Shown here: positions 6,058 through 11,721 of the stretch, piece after piece
Numbering within the stretch: the first letter of the stretch is position 1
How the letters are laid out: each line of letters starts with the position of its first letter
IMG/VR virus record: IMGVR_UViG_3300029922_002860
Source of the DNA: a virus
Taxonomy: Duplodnaviria > Heunggongvirae > Uroviricota > Caudoviricetes
Length of the DNA stretch: 11,721 nt
Strand: one strand, 5' to 3'
Translations under genes and position numbers: made by a program
Notes under the pieces: model-generated
What the model saw: the letters and a program-made list of their open reading frames with translations, nothing else
Told to the model about the DNA's origin: nothing
Database searches by the model: none

Positions 6058-9000
6058 TCAGAAACCTGCGACAGGATCGAAGGTCGGCGTTGTTGACGGC
6101 TCTTTGAGCGGCGGGAAGCGGCGTTCGTCGGTGCCGGGGAATGCCTGGTTGCGTGCGGGGCGAGCTTCGGCCGTCAAAGAGGTGCGAACGTCGGCAGCGA
6201 TGCCCTGATAGTCGATCTCCGGGGGCCAGCGAGACGGGTCGTTGTCCATGGAGTTCCCAAGAACCCCGAGCCAGTGGGTGCGCGCGGAAGCGATTTCCTT
6301 GCGCGACAAGCCTTGTATCAGTGCGCGGAAGTGGGGCCGCCCCTCGATTACCGACAAGGCGCGCCGGGCGTCCGCCCCGTCTCCGGCCGGATCTGGAGAC
6401 CCGCCAATGAGGCTTTGAACGGCCTCAGAGTGGTGGAGGTGCTCGGCCAACCGAGGGAATTTGTGAAGGCACTCGCGCCACCGGTCCTCATGACCCCTCG
6501 GGATGGTCCCGGAGATGCGGGTGTCCGGGTTGGCAGTGAAGAAGCGTTCGCGCTCGGATGCGTCGGGGAAGACCTGCCGGCAGCGGGCTGCATATTCCTC
6601 GTCCTCCGGAGTACGCTCGGTCAGCAGCGACGGAGGGTCCTTGCGACAGAGGGTCGGGGGGAGGTTGCGGAGGCTAACCGCGTCCCGGGTCATCTCGACT
6701 GCCCCCGGGAGGCAGCAGATGTCGAAAGTGCCGTCGTCGTTGGGCGTCTGTTGCAGGGCCGAGTCAAAGTATTGCTGGGCAACCATGGCCTCGGGAGCCG
6801 TGAGCGGCCAAACCTCCATGCGGCCCATGTGGCGCTCGGCCTCGTGAACCAGCCCCTTGTCCCGGTCCTTGGCGCTGAGCCCGGGGACGACGAATATCCC
6901 CATGTCGGAGTATTTCTCCGCCAACGCGCGGACCCCTATGAGGCGCATGGCCATGTCCGTCTGGGTGTTCGCCATGGTGTACGGCATTTCGAGGACCACG
7001 ACGGGACGGTTCCGCTGACCGGAGTGAAGAAGCCGGACAATGGACCTCCCCACGACCCTGTGGGAACCCGGGTCAACGAACTGCACGAGCTTCGAGTGGG
7101 CATCAGCCAGTACGGAGAGTCCCGCCCCGGCCTCTTTGCCGTAGCTAAGAAGGGCGTGACAGGTCTTTACCGGATAGTCGCCGTGCCTCAGGAGTTCGCC
7201 AAAATCGCTGCTCTCGCGGACGGAGAGGGCCACCCCCAGGGTCTCGCCGTACCACGCGCGGTCCTCGCGCCACCGGGCGATCAGTTCGGGCGAGGCCCCG
7301 CTGAGCTGCCGCTTCGACATGTGGTGGGTGTACTTCCATTCCTGAAAATTCCCGTGGGCATATTCGCGGATGCCATAGGAGATGACCCTCTTGGCCTTTT
7401 CCCGCATCGCGTAAGATGTGACGCGGGTCGCCTCGTCCCGAGTGACAAGGATCGACGCCAGAAGAACCTTGGCCTGGTGGGCGTCATGCAGCGTGTTGAG
7501 GACGGTCGGGTCGGCTACCGCGACGCCGGCGGCAAACGCACTGGCCGGGGCGTGGGTGGCGTCCGTGAGCAGGCGCATGATCCGCTCCTCCTGCGAAAGT
7601 TGCCCGGAGATCGCCAGGTCCTTGCGCGCCTCGCGAAGCGACGGGGTCTTTTCAACGGCCATCATCACGTAGCTCGGCTCGCCCTCGGCGAGGTCGTTGC
7701 GTTCGTGATCGTGCGCGGCAATCAAGGCGAACAGGGACCTCAACTCTTTCTCCCGGCCCTTGGCGCTATCGCCCGGATTGTACCTGCCCACGAGATCGAG
7801 GACGGACGCGTCCGGGCAGTGGCCGGCACGCGCACCGGTCTCCAAAATGGACAACATTCGGTGCTCTACATAATAGAGCCCGCGAACAGAGCGGAGGTCC
7901 TCCTGCACACGGGTGAAACGGGACTGCTCCGCACTTGTGAGTCCGAAATCGAAATCCCCAGAAGTGCCTTCGCCGTGAACACGGAAGAACAGGCGGGACT
8001 CGATGGCAGTCGATGGGAAGATCAGATCGCTGCGGCAGAGTTTTCCGACACTCTCGGGTGTCAGGGGTTGGCAGCGGCGAAGGATGGCCGCCAAGGTCTT
8101 ACCAACTGTCTCGCGCTCCTCCCCGTTCACCAGGGGAGAAATGCTCTCAGCAATGTTCGTGGCCAGATTTCCGTCGCTCAGCTGGCCGGCATTCGACAGG
8201 CACTGGCGAAGGACCGCGGTGCGGTCGCTAACCGAGAGAAGCGTGGTTTGCGCGGCGTCAATGGCAGCCGAGCGAACCGCAATTGCCTTACGCTCGGGGG
8301 TGTCTTCGGTTGATTCGATCAGGTACTTGGCGGCGTTGTTTTCCTGAGACCACCCTGCCGTGACCATCCCATCGCATGCGAGGATGAGCTGGGCGATAGC
8401 GTTCTGGGGGTGGTTGTAGCGCATCGCATTGGCCCGAAATTCCATGTACTCCTCGGGGCGCATGCTGCTGTGGAGGAAGTGGGCGGAGAGTGTCTTTGCC
8501 GACTGTTGCGTGGCGACCGATGTGCGCAAGCCGCCGGGTTCGGTCGGGGGAGAGAGTAGTGCGCTCGTCAAAATCCAACTGTGGGGACTCTTCATCCAGT
8601 CCGCTTCGACAAGGAGTCCGGACGTGACCGCAAATTTCCGCAGATGGGGCCGCTCTCCTGCGAATGCCAGCACGTTTCGCCTTAACGCCTGCCGCGCGAT
8701 GGTCATGTCGCTGCCGGAAAGGATGTCCGTGCGAATGGGCCATTCGCCTAGGTCGAAGATCCCCAGGGCCGAATGATGCAGGAAGCTGGTTTTGTTGAGG
8801 TGTACAGGCGGGGAAAGGAGCGAGGAGCCCTTGGCCTCGCCGTAGCCCTCCTCCAGCGCAAACATGTCGGCGATCAGCGCCGGGTCCCGCCTTGCAAATG
8901 CATGGGCAAGGTCGAGCCGGTTGGTTTGGTTGATCTGCCAGAGATCCGAACCGGGACCGGAGTACGATGCATTGGGATTGGCCAGAGCCGCGGCTGCCCT

Positions 9001-9522
9001 CTTGTAGATGTCGTCAACCCCCATGCTTCGCGTCTGCTCCCAGTAGATGCCTACAGCCGGGGCGAAGCAGGTTTCTCCAAGGGTCTGCCAGTTTGCATTA
9101 ACCCGGGGAGACGAATCCGCGTCCACCCCGATGATACGGGGTAGGGGCAGGGCGCGTTGGGCTGTGAATTCGCATCCAACCCAGACGGCGAGGCGCATCC
9201 AGGCGTCCGACTGTTCCTTGCCGACAGCCTCGACCCACGCTGCGGGTTTTGGCGGAGGAGGCATCAGGTTCTCTGTCTCTGCCGAAAGACCCGGGGGGAG
9301 CATGCTCCATCCCTCGCTCAGACTTACGGCTGTGCCTACCAAGAGCGTCGCGTACCGGCCAACCTCCGGCGAAGTGCCTTTGACGCCTGCACCCTGGGTC
9401 TGGAGGAAGTTGATCGAGTCCGCCCGGTCCGTGACCAGGCTATGGCCAATAGCCTTTGCCGCGATGCTTCGAAGTATAGCCGCCCCTTGCTCAGGGAGGG
9501 GTATTCGGCAAAGGGCTTCCAT
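6058..9522 (-). CDS. Large hypothetical protein (1154 aa) with a possible PcfJ/GNAT-like module at about 6900-7370
   Basis: 3.4-kb uninterrupted ORF, co-directional, with a motif copy before the ATG. Segment GNFQEWKY...RQL...W...ESSDFGELLRHGDYPVKTCH...LADAHSKLV...VVGRSIVRLL...PVVVLEMPY resembles a recurring uncharacterised module (recollection). The CDS is solid; the domain call is weak. Confidence 0.8.
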   Translation of the reverse strand: MEALCRIPLPEQGAAILRSIAAKAIGHSLVTDRADSINFLQTQGAGVKGTSPEVGRYATLLVGTAVSLSEGWSMLPPGLSAETENLMPPPPKPAAWVEAVGKEQSDAWMRLAVWVGCEFTAQRALPLPRIIGVDADSSPRVNANWQTLGETCFAPAVGIYWEQTRSMGVDDIYKRAAAALANPNASYSGPGSDLWQINQTNRLDLAHAFARRDPALIADMFALEEGYGEAKGSSLLSPPVHLNKTSFLHHSALGIFDLGEWPIRTDILSGSDMTIARQALRRNVLAFAGERPHLRKFAVTSGLLVEADWMKSPHSWILTSALLSPPTEPGGLRTSVATQQSAKTLSAHFLHSSMRPEEYMEFRANAMRYNHPQNAIAQLILACDGMVTAGWSQENNAAKYLIESTEDTPERKAIAVRSAAIDAAQTTLLSVSDRTAVLRQCLSNAGQLSDGNLATNIAESISPLVNGEERETVGKTLAAILRRCQPLTPESVGKLCRSDLIFPSTAIESRLFFRVHGEGTSGDFDFGLTSAEQSRFTRVQEDLRSVRGLYYVEHRMLSILETGARAGHCPDASVLDLVGRYNPGDSAKGREKELRSLFALIAAHDHERNDLAEGEPSYVMMAVEKTPSLREARKDLAISGQLSQEERIMRLLTDATHAPASAFAAGVAVADPTVLNTLHDAHQAKVLLASILVTRDEATRVTSYAMREKAKRVISYGIREYAHGNFQEWKYTHHMSKRQLSGASPELIARWREDRAWYGETLGVALSVRESSDFGELLRHGDYPVKTCHALLSYGKEAGAGLSVLADAHSKLVQFVDPGSHRVVGRSIVRLLHSGQRNRPVVVLEMPYTMANTQTDMAMRLIGVRALAEKYSDMGIFVVPGLSAKDRDKGLVHEAERHMGRMEVWPLTAPEAMVAQQYFDSALQQTPNDDGTFDICCLPGAVEMTRDAVSLRNLPPTLCRKDPPSLLTERTPEDEEYAARCRQVFPDASERERFFTANPDTRISGTIPRGHEDRWRECLHKFPRLAEHLHHSEAVQSLIGGSPDPAGDGADARRALSVIEGRPHFRALIQGLSRKEIASARTHWLGVLGNSMDNDPSRWPPEIDYQGIAADVRTSLTAEARPARNQAFPGTDERRFPPLKEPSTTPTFDPVAGF

Positions 9523-9527
9523 AGTAC

Positions 9528-9535
9528 AAGTATGG
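9528..9535 (-). promoter_or_regulatory. CCAT motif copy (CCATACTT), putative leaderless -10
   Basis: Minus strand ACGCCATACT-TGTACT-ATG(9522); 6-nt spacer. Confidence 0.65.
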
Positions 9536-9542
9536 CGTGACC

Positions 9543-9630
9543 CAGGTAGGGAAATCGCCAGGGCCTCCCTCTGGGGGACCTAAGGCAGGTAGGGGCGTCC
9601 GAGGGGGGAGGCCCCCGGGGGGTGGGCAAA
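9543..9630. repeat. G-rich intergenic spacer with a direct and an inverted repeat
   Basis: caggtaggg at 9543-9551 and 9586-9594; gggcctccc (9561-9569) and gggaggccc (9606-9614); several G runs on the plus strand. Confidence 0.45.
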
Positions 9631-10566
9631 TCAGGCCCGGGCCAAGTCAAAAACGCCTTCGGAGAACTCAGGGAAGGCCGACAGCTCGTCGGGGAATTCC
9701 TTGCGCAGTTCAGGGGCGAGAGTTAGCAAGTTAGTGAGGTAGCGGTGGCAGTCCCTGGCCGCTTCCATCGCGCCGCGATTGCGATGGTACTCGTACTGCC
9801 AGAGCCACGACTCAACGGTCACAGCCCAGCAGTGCATCTTGGAGTGATCCACACCCCCAGTGCGCGAACGGTGCGGGAACCACAGTTCCGAGAAGTCATG
9901 ATAGAAGCCCGAGAACCGCTTGAGCTGCATCGTAAGCTGAGCCAGGTCGCAATACGCGCCCTCTGAGTGGTAATTGGCCATTCCGCATCCGAAGTTGATA
10001 CCACAGGCTCCGAGATGCTCCAGATCGGACACGCACGAGTAGGACCCGTGGCCAACTTCAAACCCAGCTCCCGTGAGAATTCGGTACAGATGGGGGTTGT
10101 CGTACTGGTAGCAGACCACGTCGGTCCCTTTGCGGTCGAACGAGAATATCCAGTTGTACGGTTTCCTCGTGTGGACGATGGCCGCGGTGGAGGCCGCCTG
10201 CTCCTCGTCCGTGGTCAAGAGGAGGTCCACGTGAAGATTCATCGCGGGCAGGACCTCAAGCCCGAGGTAAACCCCAAGACGATTGTCCAGCCCGGGGTGG
10301 AGGAGACGGTTCTTCTCCGAATCGAGCACGACCACGGCTCCCCGTAGAGGAAGAACCGTGTCCACGTGGGCGACCATCAAGACCGGGCTGTTCCGCTGGA
10401 TCAGGCAGGCACAGTGGGTGCCGCTCCCGAATTTCTTGTAGAAGATCGGGCCTGTCACCTGGCCGTGCCGATTCAACTGCGCGAAGTCCTCGGGGTTGTG
10501 CGACTCCATGTTCGCGATCCGCCCGAAGCGACCGAGGTCAAACTGCGGAGGGAGGATCTCGGGCAT
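9631..10566 (-). CDS. Binuclear Zn exopeptidase/amidohydrolase of the M28/M20/M42 (clan MH) fold (311 aa)
   Basis: Metal-ligand pattern in the expected order: AHVDTV (HxD), GLDNRLG (D), TDEE (catalytic E plus ligand E), SFDRKG (D), NYHSE (H). No signal peptide. Starts 2 nt after the upstream stop. Confidence 0.85.
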   Translation of the reverse strand: MPEILPPQFDLGRFGRIANMESHNPEDFAQLNRHGQVTGPIFYKKFGSGTHCACLIQRNSPVLMVAHVDTVLPLRGAVVVLDSEKNRLLHPGLDNRLGVYLGLEVLPAMNLHVDLLLTTDEEQAASTAAIVHTRKPYNWIFSFDRKGTDVVCYQYDNPHLYRILTGAGFEVGHGSYSCVSDLEHLGACGINFGCGMANYHSEGAYCDLAQLTMQLKRFSGFYHDFSELWFPHRSRTGGVDHSKMHCWAVTVESWLWQYEYHRNRGAMEAARDCHRYLTNLLTLAPELRKEFPDELSAFPEFSEGVFDLARA

Positions 10567-10568
10567 GG

Positions 10569-11177
10569 TTACTTCGCCAGCGAATTGATGCCGTTCAGGT
10601 CGAAGGGGGCGAACTCAGTCGTGCCCTTCATGAATTCCTTCACGGCCAGCACGCCGGCGTTGTCGCTCTGGAAGAGAGCGCATTCACCTGTGCCCCGCTC
10701 GTATCCGACGATCCAGCGGGACATGCGCGCCGAAGACTCCGAGTCCTCGGCGATGGGGGTCACGTAGAGCTTGCTCCGGATGACATCGGTGGACAGCCCG
10801 CGCTCGCGAAGCAGCCGCTCCAGCTTCTGGTAGAGGCCGGTCAGGGGGCCGAACATCTCCACGGGAACCCGCAAAGTCAGCTCGTCCTGGACATAGAAAG
10901 TGGGAGTCGTCTCGCCGCGGAAGATCACGAAGCCCATCACGAAACGCTTGGAGGGCTCCTTGCCCGTGCGGCGCTTCAGGATCTTCTCGATGGACTCCAT
11001 CGGGCGGCTCTGGTCGAAGACCTTGCCGTAGAGCCTGCCGGTCTTGATGGCCTCGGCCTCGCTGGCGGGCATCGTGATGAATGCATCGTCGATGCACATC
11101 TCCTCCAGCAGGTCGCCACGGTAGGCGAACTGGAACGGAGGCTGGATGCCTGGCTCAAGATTGCGGTTGGGGTTCAT
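10569..11177 (-). CDS. Hypothetical protein (202 aa)
   Basis: ORF with strong C/G-ending codon bias, coupled to the peptidase gene (TAA-CC-ATG). No recognisable motif. Confidence 0.8.
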   Translation of the reverse strand: MNPNRNLEPGIQPPFQFAYRGDLLEEMCIDDAFITMPASEAEAIKTGRLYGKVFDQSRPMESIEKILKRRTGKEPSKRFVMGFVIFRGETTPTFYVQDELTLRVPVEMFGPLTGLYQKLERLLRERGLSTDVIRSKLYVTPIAEDSESSARMSRWIVGYERGTGECALFQSDNAGVLAVKEFMKGTTEFAPFDLNGINSLAK

Positions 11178-11227
11178 CGCGGTGGAAGTTTTTCGAAAGG
11201 AGAAAGCCGATGCCTTCTGAGTGTTTT

Positions 11228-11234
11228 AAGATGG
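11228..11234 (-). promoter_or_regulatory. CCAT motif copy (CCATCTT)
   Basis: Minus strand AACCATCTTAAAA, 50 nt upstream of the ATG at 11177. A TATCTT variant lies 15 nt further upstream. Confidence 0.5.
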
Positions 11235-11266
11235 TTGATTGGAAGATATTGTGGTCTGTCACTACT

Positions 11267-11354
11267 ATTCTACGGCCGAAAGTACCCCCAGACAGTAGAA
11301 AAAATGCGCTCCCCCTGCCGATTTTTACAATACCACTCTCAAAAAGGGCCACAA
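11267..11354 (-). promoter_or_regulatory. AT-rich region with two sigma70-like promoter candidates
   Basis: Minus strand TAGAAT (11272-11267) with a weak -35 CTGTCT at 17 nt; and TG-G-TATTGT extended -10 (11335-11327) with TTGTGG at 16 nt. Confidence 0.4.
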
Positions 11355-11511
11355 AATACGACAAAATGGCTGTGTTCAACGGGGTGTGGTTAAGCCCGTC
11401 GGTGCCAAAGAACCGACCTTCCTTGAAGTAGAATCCCAGATGAGATGGGACCTTCCTGGCCACCGGGGAGGAGACAGACACCAGAGGGGTCAAGGCGGGG
11501 TCCTCGACGAA

Positions 11512-11529
11512 GCTCCTAAGAAGAGGAGC
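11512..11529 (-). terminator. Hairpin after the stop of the right-hand partial gene
   Basis: gctcct-aagaag-aggagc, a 6-bp stem 15 nt downstream of the TAG at 11545-11547. Weak U-tail. Confidence 0.3.
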
Positions 11530-11544
11530 GGACGATTCCATGGA

Positions 11545-11721
11545 CTAGGCCCGCCGCCTCTTGGGTGGTGGCGCGCTGGCCTCTTCAATGAGAGTGGCGA
11601 TGCGCTCCATTTCCCCTGAGTCGAACGGGGCTGGGCTGTTGAGGATGTAGAAAATCTTCAGGTCTGTGACAGGGCCGTCGCTCTCCACGACATAACAGGG
11701 GAGGGTGCGGACCAGCTTCTC
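11545..11721 (-). CDS. Hypothetical protein, C-terminal 58 aa (runs off the right end)
   Basis: Hand translation: EKLVRTLPCYVVESDGPVTDLKIFYILNSPAPFDSGEMERIATLIEEASAPPPKRRRA*. Same strand and codon style as the other genes. Confidence 0.7.
   Translation of the reverse strand, partial: EKLVRTLPCYVVESDGPVTDLKIFYILNSPAPFDSGEMERIATLIEEASAPPPKRRRA

Noticed and set aside
41-6107. Numerous short plus-strand and alternate-frame ORFs in the track
   Set aside because: They overlap well-supported minus-strand genes and carry no recognisable motifs.
6274-8313. 679-aa plus-strand ORF
   Set aside because: Entirely antisense to the 1154-aa gene with no recognisable motifs; typical shadow ORF of GC-rich codon usage.
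1570-9570. Full sigma32 or sigma70 promoters at the CCAT motif copies
   Set aside because: No CTTGAA or TTGACA-like -35 is shared at consistent spacing. A GGTTTC seen near three copies has variable spacing (4, 8, 20 nt).
11155-11541. 128-aa minus-strand ORF and overlapping plus-strand ORFs in the right intergenic region
   Set aside because: It overlaps the start of the 202-aa gene, crosses the AT-rich promoter region and has atypical composition.
1-11721. CRISPR array, tRNA, rRNA, integrase, transposase, att or attC cassette sites
   Set aside because: No regularly spaced repeats, cloverleaf or recombinase motifs were seen. The recurring motif is too short and lacks attC-type flanking structure.

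Overview
GC-rich window with 10 co-directional minus-strand CDSs (two run off the window ends). In transcription order: a truncated hypothetical; a 202-aa hypothetical coupled to an M28/M42-type Zn hydrolase; a 1154-aa unknown with a possible PcfJ/GNAT-like module; a divergent orphan DNA polymerase III beta clamp (dnaN); a DUF932-like protein; an SF2 DEAH helicase; a small secreted protein; and a stand-alone T2SSE_N/MshEN-like protein coupled to a PilB/GspE ATPase (not in the ORF track because it runs off the left end). The pilus genes look Verrucomicrobia-like (recalled similarity, not searched). The gene mix suggests an accessory or mobile replicon, but no integrase, capsid or att site is visible. 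The strongest unexplained signal is a short motif, CCATCTT / CCATA(A/C)TT, found 8 times on the coding strand, always intergenic. Five copies sit 5-6 nt before an ATG with no Shine-Dalgarno, and every gene that is not translationally coupled has one upstream. This suggests a gene-by-gene, -10-only, mostly leaderless promoter system.
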